Of a stretch of 64,000 nt of DNA, positions 1 to 8,980 are shown in pieces (position 1 is the first letter of the stretch; every line of letters starts with the position of its first letter). Made by a program: the position numbers and the translations under genes. Source of the stretch: Nitrospirota bacterium (lineage in GTDB: Bacteria; JACPQY01); contig JACPAV010000002.1 of NCBI GenBank assembly GCA_016180645.1, positions 1 to 64,000 of the forward strand, read 5' to 3'. The notes beneath the pieces were generated by a model that saw only the letters and a list, made by a program, of their open reading frames with translations, was not told the DNA's origin and made no database searches.

Positions 1-738
1 GAGGGCACCCCAAAGGTGACCCTCGCCTACCGCGACGTTCTCGCGAAGTTGCGTGAGGCGCTTTCCATGACCGGCGCGGATGTGGAAAACGTCCTCAAGA
101 AAATGGCCGGGATGCGACAATTGACCGTCGAGGCGCCGTCAAAAACCACCGACCGGATGATCACCATCGAGAACCCGGAGAAATTCCTTGAGAATGTGAA
201 GGGCATCGTCAAGGAAATGGATTCCTCGGTGACCCAAGGGTTCAAACAGGAGCAGGAGCTCATCGACATCCAGACCTTCTCTCAACTCGTCGGCACCGAG
301 GCCGAGAAAGTCTACAAGAAGATCATGTCGAAGGACGTGCCCGAAACCATCTTTTTCTTCCGCCGGAGCGAGGCCCTTCGCTGGGCGCAGGAAAAGGGCA
401 AGGACTTTTTCGACAAGACGACAAAGAGGCTGAAAAAGATCGAGGAGCTTGAGGGCATCAACGACGTGATCTACGTGGACAATGAGACCCTGCGGCAGGT
501 GCTCGGCTCAACGGACATCATCAAGCTCTGCAAGGTCATCAAGCACGCGGAGGAAGACGCGAAGAAGAAGCTCCTCACCAACCTCTCGGACCGCATGTCC
601 AAGATGGTAAATGAGCAGATGCCGAACATCGAAGAGGTGGACGAGGTCGAGATCGCCGACATCGAGGAGAACATCATCGGGCAGATCAAGGCAATGAAGA
701 AAGCGTCTGTGGCGGGCGCACCTCCGCCGGCGGCTTGA
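1..738 (+). CDS. FliG C-terminal-domain-containing protein, probably 5'-truncated by the window edge
   Basis: Frame is open from base 1. The C-terminal ~90 aa (DVIYVDNETLRQVLGSTDIIKLCKVIKHAEEDAKKKLLTNLSDRMSKMVNEQ...EIADIEENIIGQIKAM) follow the FliG_C pattern (LDD..IQ.VLR.VD...LA.ALK.A....K.KI..NMS.R). It lies directly upstream of motA/motB. The upstream part does not look like the FliG middle domain. Confidence 0.6.
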   Translation, partial: EGTPKVTLAYRDVLAKLREALSMTGADVENVLKKMAGMRQLTVEAPSKTTDRMITIENPEKFLENVKGIVKEMDSSVTQGFKQEQELIDIQTFSQLVGTEAEKVYKKIMSKDVPETIFFFRRSEALRWAQEKGKDFFDKTTKRLKKIEELEGINDVIYVDNETLRQVLGSTDIIKLCKVIKHAEEDAKKKLLTNLSDRMSKMVNEQMPNIEEVDEVEIADIEENIIGQIKAMKKASVAGAPPPAA

Positions 739-782
739 GAAACGGCGCCCCGTTGTCCGTCCGTCTGAGATAAGGCTCGCCC

Positions 783-1607
783 GTGAACATTGCCACTCTT
801 CTCGGGATGGGGGCCGGAATGGGCATCCTGGTCTGGTCGCTCTTCGCGTCCACCCCACAGGTCGGCGTCTTCTTTAACATCCCCAGCATCGGTATCGTTC
901 TGGGCGGCACGATCGGCGCCATGTTCGTTTCCTTTCCCATGGCGGACGTGGTCCGAAGTTTGAAAGTGGCGGGCGCTGTATTCAGGCAGGAGGATCTGCC
1001 GATCGGCACGTACATCGACCAGATTGTGGAACTCTCCAAGCAGGTATTTGCGAAGGGCACGATGAAGATGGGCTCCGCTTTGGAAGGGCAGGAAAACGAG
1101 TTCTTGAAGGACGGACTTCAAATGCTCGTGGACCAGCGGCCCATCGACAAGATCCGGGAATACATGCAGGCATCGATGCAAACCATGTACGACCAGGGGA
1201 AGGGCGAGGCCGCGATATTCAAATCGTTGGCGAACTATGCTCCGGCGTTCGGCCTCCTCGGAACGCTGATCGGCCTCATCGCCATGCTCCAGGGGTTGGG
1301 CGCCGAGGGAGGCGGGCTGGGCACAATCGGAACGGGCATGGCCGTCTCGCTGATCACAACCTTTTACGGCGTCATGCTTGCCAACATGATTTTCCTCCCG
1401 ATCGCCACGAAATACGACAAGCGTATCGAACAGCGCACGGTCCTCATGAATGTCATCATGGAAGGATTGACGCTCCTTGCAACCCGGCAACCGCCGGATT
1501 TGGTGCGCGACCGGCTCAAAGCCTACCTGCCGATGGGCAAGTGGGGCGGCGTGAAGTCGGCGGCCGGCCAGAAGCCCGCCGGCAGCGAGACAAAGGAAAA
1601 GGCCTGA
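783..1607 (+). CDS. motA: Flagellar-type stator A subunit (MotA/PomA family)
   Basis: Four TM segments; motifs FLKDGLQMLVD, APAFGLLGTLIGLIAML, GMAVSLITTFYGVMLAN; followed by motB. Confidence 0.93.
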   Translation: MNIATLLGMGAGMGILVWSLFASTPQVGVFFNIPSIGIVLGGTIGAMFVSFPMADVVRSLKVAGAVFRQEDLPIGTYIDQIVELSKQVFAKGTMKMGSALEGQENEFLKDGLQMLVDQRPIDKIREYMQASMQTMYDQGKGEAAIFKSLANYAPAFGLLGTLIGLIAMLQGLGAEGGGLGTIGTGMAVSLITTFYGVMLANMIFLPIATKYDKRIEQRTVLMNVIMEGLTLLATRQPPDLVRDRLKAYLPMGKWGGVKSAAGQKPAGSETKEKA

Positions 1608-1631
1608 TCTTCCGCCTCGGCGGAGGCCACC

Positions 1632-2393
1632 ATGCCGCTCCCACGAAAGGCCGGTGGAGGTGACGAAGGCGCCGGCTGGCTCGCCAGCTTCGGCGACCTC
1701 GTCACCAATCTCATGGTGTTCTTCGTCATGCTCATCTCCATTTCCACGATCGACGAGAAGAAACTGAAGGCCATCGCCGGCGCCATCCAGGATGAAATCG
1801 GGGGGATCGAAATCCCCGAGCGGGCCATTACCGAGGATCTCATTGAAGACGTCAACCGGCTCATCTCTCTCTCCCACTTGGAGGACGTCATCACCGTGAC
1901 CGTGACGCCGGACGGCATCCTCCTCTCCGCCAAGGGATCGGCCTTCTTCGCCCCCGGCAGCGCGGACCTCCTTCCTGAAGCCCGGGAGAAATTCACCGTC
2001 ATTGTGGAGGGACTGGTCAAAATTCCATACCACATCGAAGTGATCGGGCACTCCGATACCGTTCCCATCCACACGGAGCAGTTCCCCTCCAACTGGGAGC
2101 TCTCGGGGGCCCGCGCCACGAATCTGGTTCGATACTTCATCGAAAAAGGATTCGCCCCAAATCGAATCCGGGGAATCGCCGCCGCGGATACGCGTCCGGT
2201 AGCCCCGGACTACAAGGAAGATGGAACGCCTCTTCCGGATAACCAGGCAAAGAATCGCCGCATCGACATCATGATTTTCTCCACCAAGGAGCCGGCGGAA
2301 TCCAAACCGACGGCTCCGGCCGGGGAGGCCTCCGAGGAAGAACCCACTTCTGAGGGAGAACCCGCGGCGGAAGAGGCACCGGCTGAGGAATAG
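1632..2393 (+). CDS. motB: Stator B subunit (MotB/PomB family) with OmpA-like peptidoglycan-binding domain and acidic tail
   Basis: WLASFGDLVTNLMVFFVML TM segment with the conserved Asp; GHSD...FPSNWELSGARA...NRRIDI OmpA-like motifs. Confidence 0.93.
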   Translation: MPLPRKAGGGDEGAGWLASFGDLVTNLMVFFVMLISISTIDEKKLKAIAGAIQDEIGGIEIPERAITEDLIEDVNRLISLSHLEDVITVTVTPDGILLSAKGSAFFAPGSADLLPEAREKFTVIVEGLVKIPYHIEVIGHSDTVPIHTEQFPSNWELSGARATNLVRYFIEKGFAPNRIRGIAAADTRPVAPDYKEDGTPLPDNQAKNRRIDIMIFSTKEPAESKPTAPAGEASEEEPTSEGEPAAEEAPAEE

Positions 2394-2461
2394 GCTGCCA
2401 ACCATTCGCCCCGTTCAGCATCATGTGTTGATCCCGGGTATTCGTCGCTCCCCCTCAAACC

Positions 2462-2518
2462 TGGTAGCCGCAGGCTTTAGCCTGCGTCCAAGACGCACCC
2501 TAAAGGATGCGCCTACCA
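2462..2518. repeat. GTAG-type REP-like double hairpin, family A copy 1
   Basis: tggtagccgcaggctttagcctgcg...cgcaccctaaaggatgcgcctacca; a related copy lies on the minus strand at 56005-56059. Confidence 0.75.
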
Positions 2519-2528
2519 AGACACCCGC

Positions 2529-4748
2529 ATGAGCAAGTCCGAAAATCGCGCGGGAGACGTCTGGGGCGGCGTGGCCGCCACGCTCGTGGCGCTTCCTTCC
2601 TCCATCGCCTACGGCGTGGTCATGTTCTCGGCGATAGGCGCCGCCTTCGCCGCGCAGGGCGCGCTGGCGGGGGTGATCGGTGCCATCGCGCTCGGCATCC
2701 TCGCGCCGCTCTTCGGCGGCACGCCCCGGCTCATCACTTCACCTTCGGCGCCTGCCGCCGCCGTGGTCGCCGCCACCGCCGCCGAGTTTTATCAGGCCCT
2801 CTCGCCGGGGACCGATCCCGCCGGTATATCCGCCGTCCTGCTCCTCCTCGCCATCACGGGGGTTGCTACGGGAATCCTTCAGCTCGCCATCGGGGCCGTG
2901 GGCGGCGGGAAACTGATGAAGTACATCCCCTACCCCGTGGTGGCCGGGTTCCTGAGCGGGGTCGCCATCGTCATATTCACGGGGCAAATCCCCAAGTTCT
3001 TCGGATTTCCCAAATCGGCTGGGTTGTGGGGCGGCCTCACCCAGCCGGACCTCTGGCGCTGGCCGGGAATCGTCGTGGGACTCATCACCATCGGTGGGAT
3101 GGTCGTGGCCCCCAAGATTACCCGTCGACTCCCGGCTGTCATTATCGCCCTTCTCGGCGGAATAGGCGCCTATTTCGCGATCGCATTCCTCGTCGATCCG
3201 ACCCTGTTGAGCCTGACCGACAATCACTTGGTCATCGGACCCGTCGGCGGCCGCGAGGCCCTCTCCGTCTCCAGCCTCGTCGGCCGATGGAGCGCCGTTA
3301 CACAGCTCGCTCTTCCCCAACTCAAGCTTGTCTTTCTTCCGGCACTCACAATGGCCATCCTGCTCTCCCTCGACACGCTGAAGACCTGCGTCATCGTCGA
3401 CGCGCTGACCCGATCCCGAAGCAATGCGAACCGGGAGCTGATCGGCCAGGGGATCGGCAACGTGGCCTCCGGACTGATCGGGGGCGCGCCCGGCTCCGGA
3501 ACGATGGGGGCCACGCTCATCAACCTCAGCAGCGGGGCAAAAACCCGTTTCTCCGGACTGGTGGAGGGAGTACTCGTCCTCGTAGTCTTCCTGCTGTTCG
3601 CTCGCTGGGTGTCGTGGATTCCCCTCGCCGCCCTCGCAGGCATCCTCCTCGTGGTCGCCTATCGCATGGTCGATCGCGACAGCTTCCACCTGCTGAAAAA
3701 CAAGTCCACCCGTCTCGACTTCGTTGTCGTGGCGGTGGTGGCCGTCGTGACCGTAAGCGTGGATCTGGTCACCGCCGAGGCGGTCGGACTCGGCATTGCA
3801 ATTCTGCTCTTTCTCCGGGAACAAATCCGCGAGCCCATCGTCCGCCGGAAGACGACCGGGGATCACACGTTTTCAAAAAAACGCCGCGTCCCTTCCGAAG
3901 CGGCCATCCTTGAGAAGAAGGGGGAACAAACCGCCATTTACGAACTTGTGGGAAGCCTCTTCTTCGGAACCACGGACCATCTCTACACCGAGTTGGAATC
4001 GGATCTCCGAACGAAGACATTCGTGATCCTCGACATGCGCTCGGTCCGATCGGTCGACGTGACGGCCGCTCACAAGCTGGACCAAATCGAGGCCCAGCTC
4101 ACCGAGCGCGGGGCCTTCCTGGTCTTTGCCGGGCTGTCACATCATCTTCCGACAGAGCAGAACCTCCAGGCATTTTTCGCCGAAGTCGGTCTCAACAAAC
4201 CTTCGCGGAACGTGAAAATGTTCGAAGAATTGAGCGAGGCGTTGGAATGGGTGGAGGATCGTATCCTGGAAGAGGAAGGCGTTCGAAAGGCGACGACGGA
4301 GCCCCCGTTGACGCTCGGCCAGTTCGACCTGCTGCACGGCCTTGATGCGGCCGACGTCAAAGAAGTCGAGGCATTGGCGGCGACAAAGTCGTTCGTCCCA
4401 AGGAGCAAGATTTTCAGCCGGGGGGACAAAGGGGATGAGGTCTTCCTGATCCGATCCGGTGAGGTGCGGATCAACCTCCCGCTCGAAGGCGGCGAACACC
4501 ATCACCTGGCGACATTTGCGCGCGGCGATTTCTTCGGCGATATGTCTTTCCTCGACCATGCAGACCGATCGGCCGACGCCGTCACCAGCTCTGCCACCGA
4601 ACTTTATGTCTTGTCCCGGGCCCAGTTCGATGCCTTTGCCCTCCGCCACCCGCTGGTGGCCAAGCGAGTGATTGCCCGGCTCGCGCGCGCCCTGTCCATC
4701 CGCCTCCGGCAGACGGACACCGAACTCCGCGCCCTCGAAGAAGCCTGA
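2529..4748 (+). CDS. SulP/SLC26 anion transporter with STAS and cyclic-nucleotide-binding domains
   Basis: GG..ATLVALPSSIAYG, IPYPVVAGF, NRELIGQGIGN; STAS (GSLFFGTT...VILDMRSVRSVDVTA); C-terminal cNMP domain (GDFFGDMSFLD...RSADA). Confidence 0.92.
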   Translation: MSKSENRAGDVWGGVAATLVALPSSIAYGVVMFSAIGAAFAAQGALAGVIGAIALGILAPLFGGTPRLITSPSAPAAAVVAATAAEFYQALSPGTDPAGISAVLLLLAITGVATGILQLAIGAVGGGKLMKYIPYPVVAGFLSGVAIVIFTGQIPKFFGFPKSAGLWGGLTQPDLWRWPGIVVGLITIGGMVVAPKITRRLPAVIIALLGGIGAYFAIAFLVDPTLLSLTDNHLVIGPVGGREALSVSSLVGRWSAVTQLALPQLKLVFLPALTMAILLSLDTLKTCVIVDALTRSRSNANRELIGQGIGNVASGLIGGAPGSGTMGATLINLSSGAKTRFSGLVEGVLVLVVFLLFARWVSWIPLAALAGILLVVAYRMVDRDSFHLLKNKSTRLDFVVVAVVAVVTVSVDLVTAEAVGLGIAILLFLREQIREPIVRRKTTGDHTFSKKRRVPSEAAILEKKGEQTAIYELVGSLFFGTTDHLYTELESDLRTKTFVILDMRSVRSVDVTAAHKLDQIEAQLTERGAFLVFAGLSHHLPTEQNLQAFFAEVGLNKPSRNVKMFEELSEALEWVEDRILEEEGVRKATTEPPLTLGQFDLLHGLDAADVKEVEALAATKSFVPRSKIFSRGDKGDEVFLIRSGEVRINLPLEGGEHHHLATFARGDFFGDMSFLDHADRSADAVTSSATELYVLSRAQFDAFALRHPLVAKRVIARLARALSIRLRQTDTELRALEEA

Positions 4749-5173
4749 ACCCTTCGTGGGGCTTTGACCCATTCGCGTGGTTATTTACCACGAATTTCGT
4801 CTTCTTTCCCATGGTAATTTGATTACATTGGCAACACGTTAATATTACATATATTTCCAAAGATTCGGGATTGTCATGTGTAGCGCCCCGCCTTCAGTGG
4901 CCTATCATCGTGGCCGGCCCGGAGGTCGGGGTACCGCACCTTCCATGGCTGGCATCCAGCCAGTCGCGGGGCGGCTTTGCCATCCTGGCGCCGTCCTCCG
5001 TGGTTCTATTTGCTCGGCCTCATCGGTCTGGTCGTTGCGCTCCGCACGGTCGGTGTGAGTTTGAGCGAAGCGGCCGAGCGCGGAATCGTCTTCGCTTCTT
5101 CCCCGATGAGGTCGGCGAGGCTCCTCCCAACCACCGGCCCTACCGGGCTCCGGGGGTAGCAGGGCCGGCGCGC

Positions 5174-6607
5174 TCAGGACTTCGGTTTCTGAAACACAGA
5201 GCCGCCGAGAATTTCCCTGTACACTTCGACTTCGGCGGCGTTTTTCAGAAGGATCGCTTCCGGCCCTTCCCCAAAGGCCTCCACCTCCGCACGCATTCCA
5301 TCCATCAGCGTGGCACAGGCGGCCAGGAACGGTGCCGCGTAGGAATGCGAGGCCGTCCCCCTGAGCTTCCGCCATCCCTCGATCGCTTCATCCACCTTTC
5401 CGACCAGATAGGGTAGCAGCGGAAGGAGGGCCGCAGCCAAGGGCCCGTATTTCTCCGATCGGGTCCCTTCCGAAAGCAATCGGCACGCCGTGGCGATGCG
5501 CCGTCCGAAGGCCGGGTCCCCCATCGAGGGAGCCTGCCACCGCCACACAAGGGCCTGCCGCAACAGGCCGCGGCCTAGAAGGAATTTGTGCTCCGGGCGG
5601 TTTCTCACCGGCAACCCCCTTCGCTCAATCAGATCCTGAAGGGCCGGGGCAATCATCTCCGCACGCGCCTCGGGTGTGTGCTGTTCAACCACGCGCCGCC
5701 ATCCGCGATAGGCAATCGCCAATCGTTCCTCTCCGTGCCGGAGATACCGTTCAATCCGATCCATGGCGTCGGCCGCGTCGGCATGCCGGTAGGCGACGAA
5801 ATCCTCTCCTTCTTCAAACAACGCGCGGACGGAGGGTGCCGGCGAATCGCACAGCAGCATCGCGCCGCACCCCATGGCCTCGAAGACCCGGAAATTGGGG
5901 GCATCGACGACGGATTCAGAGCTCTGCCTCTGCGCCGGCGGAGGCGCAGTTTCATTGATCACGATTTTCGAAGAAGGATAGACGGATTCGAACTCCCCCG
6001 CGCCCACATGCAGGCGATACCGGGTACCCACCTTCGAGAGCAGCTCTTGGAAGAACCGGTGGCGCTCCGGGTGCAGGCGGACGTCCCAATTCCCGACGAA
6101 TGCGACGTCGATGGGGCGTTCACGCCCCGGATCAAACGAGGAGACCCGCTCGCGGGCGCCTTTGTAGTACAAGGGACAATAGGCGACATCGTTCGTCGAT
6201 CCCCTCCGAATGAAATATTCCACGGAGCCCTGGGTATCCAAGTAGACACGGTCGAACACGTGCGAGAAGTCCCATGCCCAGGAATTGAGATGGAAATGCG
6301 TGTCGTGGAAATAGGCCACGGAGGGGATCCCCAAGTGGTCGAGATCAAGGAGCGAATCGCAGAGGGCCCACCCGTGGAGGAAGAAAGCCACGGGGCGATC
6401 CTGCCCCTTCCCCACGGACTCCAGGATGGAGGGCAGATGATAGTTGGCCAGGGTGGCCGGGGCGGCCTGAATCTGGAGGTAGGCGATTCGATAGAACTTT
6501 TCCAGCGCGCGGGAAAGATCGTCCGGCCAGAAAGCCCAAAGGAGTACGGGCTTGGAAGCGGGCCTGTGGGCGGCTGACGAGGTCAAGTCGTTCCCATTGA
6601 CCCCCAA
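5174..6607 (-). CDS. CgeB-like glycosyltransferase (Glyco_trans_1_2 type); start uncertain
   Basis: RPIDVAFVGN, YPSSKIVINE, NFRVFEAMGCGAMLL, ERLAIAYRGWRRVVEQHT..AR. Confidence 0.75.
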   Translation of the reverse strand: MGVNGNDLTSSAAHRPASKPVLLWAFWPDDLSRALEKFYRIAYLQIQAAPATLANYHLPSILESVGKGQDRPVAFFLHGWALCDSLLDLDHLGIPSVAYFHDTHFHLNSWAWDFSHVFDRVYLDTQGSVEYFIRRGSTNDVAYCPLYYKGARERVSSFDPGRERPIDVAFVGNWDVRLHPERHRFFQELLSKVGTRYRLHVGAGEFESVYPSSKIVINETAPPPAQRQSSESVVDAPNFRVFEAMGCGAMLLCDSPAPSVRALFEEGEDFVAYRHADAADAMDRIERYLRHGEERLAIAYRGWRRVVEQHTPEARAEMIAPALQDLIERRGLPVRNRPEHKFLLGRGLLRQALVWRWQAPSMGDPAFGRRIATACRLLSEGTRSEKYGPLAAALLPLLPYLVGKVDEAIEGWRKLRGTASHSYAAPFLAACATLMDGMRAEVEAFGEGPEAILLKNAAEVEVYREILGGSVFQKPKS

Positions 6608-6610
6608 GCC

Positions 6611-7183
6611 CTACACGACCGGGTCCACGTCCATCAGGCGGGCGGGCGGACCGGCCGGAGGGGCCTTCGTCTCCTGGCAGGCTTGGAATAGACCCTTCGG
6701 GGTGAAGAAAGCAAAATGGGTATCGGGGCCGAGTGACACCATGTCGCCGTCCGTCAGGGGCTTCTGTTCCCGAGGGGCGAGCCGCTTCCCGTTCAAGAAC
6801 GTTCCATTGGTTGAGGTCATCTCGACGAGATTGGCCGTCCCCGCCGCAGGACCCGCCAGGAGATACGCGTGATGTTTGGAAATCGTACTGGCCGCAATCG
6901 GGAGGTCGCAATCCTCTCCCCGTCCCACAAACACGCGGTCGCCCGCAATGAACGCCCCGGTTTCCTTGCGAACCACCTTGAAGACTTCGCATTTCGGATC
7001 GGGACGGAAGGTCGAACGAGATACGCCCAAGCTCGCCCGCTCTTGGTATGCGGTGCGGGCGGCCAACTTCGAAGCCACCACTTCGCGCGGCACTCTCACA
7101 AGAAACGGGTGCTTGAACTCGGCAAGCACCTGCTCCTCGGACTTTCCCGTCAGCGCTTGTTTGTAGGTTGCCAGTGTATCCAT
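6611..7183 (-). CDS. FHA-domain protein
   Basis: VGR...CDL.I...TISKHHA...STNGTFLNG...L.DGD.VSLG FHA signature. Confidence 0.9.
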   Translation of the reverse strand: MDTLATYKQALTGKSEEQVLAEFKHPFLVRVPREVVASKLAARTAYQERASLGVSRSTFRPDPKCEVFKVVRKETGAFIAGDRVFVGRGEDCDLPIAASTISKHHAYLLAGPAAGTANLVEMTSTNGTFLNGKRLAPREQKPLTDGDMVSLGPDTHFAFFTPKGLFQACQETKAPPAGPPARLMDVDPVV

Positions 7184-7213
7184 GGGCCTCCCGATCCGTG
7201 TTCCGTTACCAGA

Positions 7214-8959
7214 CTACTTGACCTCCTTCAAGCCCACGAGGGTGTAGCCGACGCTCAACGTGGATGAGGCAGACGCGCATCCGGACTCGAGGCTGCCAGG
7301 ATTTCCTGAGAGGGACCATCCCGATCCACTGGCTCCACCTGCATCGGCACAGAGCACTTTTGCCGTGCCGGCGGTTCCCACGGCGCTCAGTCTACTGAAC
7401 CCCGAGATGATGGCGACTTTGTTGTACGCCTGAAAATTGAGCTTTCCGTCCGGATCCGCCCCGATGTAAAAGAATTGAATGTTGTTGTTGGTGGACACAT
7501 TGACGTCTGTCGCCTTGGTCACCATCGGCCTTGCATCCACCGCGTAGATCGTTTTGGCGGCGTCCTCTTTGATGGAGTAGAGCTCGAGGCGGAAATCCAT
7601 CTTGGGGAGGTTGAGGACGTAGGTTTCCCGCAGGACCGTCTCGCTCACTTTGTGGGGCACCGGCGCGAGGCGGGCGGGCGTGGGCGTGATCGCGTTTCCG
7701 TTCTCGTCCCTGACCGGCTCCTGGCCATCGGCCGGAGTCTGCCCATACAGAAAGCCCTCGGGGTTCAAGACCAGGTCCAAGACAAACTGCACTTTGTTTT
7801 CCAAATCGGCCTGGGTGATCGTGAATGCCTTCTGGAATCTGAAGACACCCTTGGTGAGGCTCTGTCGAACGATCATCTCCTGGGAAGATCCCGGTGTGCC
7901 CGCCAGATTGTCCGGCTGCGTAAAGAAAACCGAACTCGTCCCCGTGCCGCTCTGGAGGATCACCGGGCCATCCTTGGTCACCAGCGTTCGACCATCGTTC
8001 ATGGTGAGTTCGGCGTTGATCTTGGCGGCGGGCGCGTCTTCGACGATCGCCCAGACGTAGTCGCCGGCCACACAGGATGAGCCGGTCCCGGAACCTTCTG
8101 TTCGACCATCGTCCCGAGTTCCTTCCGTTGATCCCGTTGTCTCCTTCGGGCAGTCGCCGGGGCAGACGAAAGGGTACTCGCCTTTGTCCTTCTCGCACAC
8201 CCCGTTGTTGTTGCAGTATCCGCTCTGAGTCTGCCTTTCGGGGGCCGCAGTTGTGGTGCAGGGCGCCAGCTCGGTCTTGATGTTCTGAAGCCTATTTAGA
8301 TCATTGGGGTCGATGACGCTCACGAACTTCGCGTCGTCCGCCTTGGCGTTGTCACCGTTGTAGTTCTCCCAGTAACTCAGGCCCTTGGAGGTTTGTTCGG
8401 GATCCATATGCAGGATGATGCAGTTCCTGAATGCGTTGTTGATTTGGTGCCCCGACCCTCCCACCGTGGCCCCCTCCTCCTTGCAGATCAGAATGCGCAG
8501 AACGTAGGCCCGCAGGGATTTGATCTGGGCTCCGAGGGACTGGCCCTGCACCTTGGAACTTGAGGATTGCCGCCGCGGCAACGCCTCTTCGAAGGCTCCA
8601 GACCCGACCCAATCCCAGAAGCGGGGGGGCGCGCCGGGAAGAGGCTCGAGAGTCGCGTTACGGACATTGGTTGTGATGAGGGCCTTGGTCGGGATGACGA
8701 CCGGTTCGGGCGGTTTCGTCACCGGCGGTTCAGGCGGCTTCACGACGGGAGGCGGCTCGGTCTTGGTTGTATCGGTTTGCGTGGTCGTTGAGGTCGGTTG
8801 CGTAGTCGGCGCGGCCGGCTCCTCAGCTGGCGCGCTTGGCGTTGTGGTCTGCGTCGTTTTCGGCTCGCTTCCTCCACAACCGCCGGGCGATGCAGCCACA
8901 TTGAAGACAAACAAGGTAACCAATATTCCGATGGGAGCAATCCAACGCTTGGTGCTCAT
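7214..8959 (-). CDS. Secreted/lipoprotein paralogue C of the PGGCGG/LEPLPGAPPR family (unknown function)
   Basis: Signal peptide, then ASPGGCGG, a Thr/Pro linker, NVRNATLEPLPGAPPR and a Cys-rich module. Clearly homologous along its length to 10370-12070 (e.g. NDGRTLV..GPV.L, KDD.AKTIYAVD, IISGF.RL). RBS aaagga upstream. Confidence 0.85.
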   Translation of the reverse strand: MSTKRWIAPIGILVTLFVFNVAASPGGCGGSEPKTTQTTTPSAPAEEPAAPTTQPTSTTTQTDTTKTEPPPVVKPPEPPVTKPPEPVVIPTKALITTNVRNATLEPLPGAPPRFWDWVGSGAFEEALPRRQSSSSKVQGQSLGAQIKSLRAYVLRILICKEEGATVGGSGHQINNAFRNCIILHMDPEQTSKGLSYWENYNGDNAKADDAKFVSVIDPNDLNRLQNIKTELAPCTTTAAPERQTQSGYCNNNGVCEKDKGEYPFVCPGDCPKETTGSTEGTRDDGRTEGSGTGSSCVAGDYVWAIVEDAPAAKINAELTMNDGRTLVTKDGPVILQSGTGTSSVFFTQPDNLAGTPGSSQEMIVRQSLTKGVFRFQKAFTITQADLENKVQFVLDLVLNPEGFLYGQTPADGQEPVRDENGNAITPTPARLAPVPHKVSETVLRETYVLNLPKMDFRLELYSIKEDAAKTIYAVDARPMVTKATDVNVSTNNNIQFFYIGADPDGKLNFQAYNKVAIISGFSRLSAVGTAGTAKVLCADAGGASGSGWSLSGNPGSLESGCASASSTLSVGYTLVGLKEVK

Positions 8960-8980
8960 GGTGTCCTTCCTTTCGGTCGG

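Noticed and set aside
471-2405. 644-aa minus-strand ORF
   Set aside because: Antisense shadow of the fliG-like/motA/motB genes; no motifs; expected in high-GC DNA.
4871-5416. Short overlapping ORFs between sulP and the glycosyltransferase, including the 60-aa hydrophobic 4977-5159
   Set aside because: No clear RBS or recognisable motif, and the region contains degenerate hairpin repeats; none can be supported.
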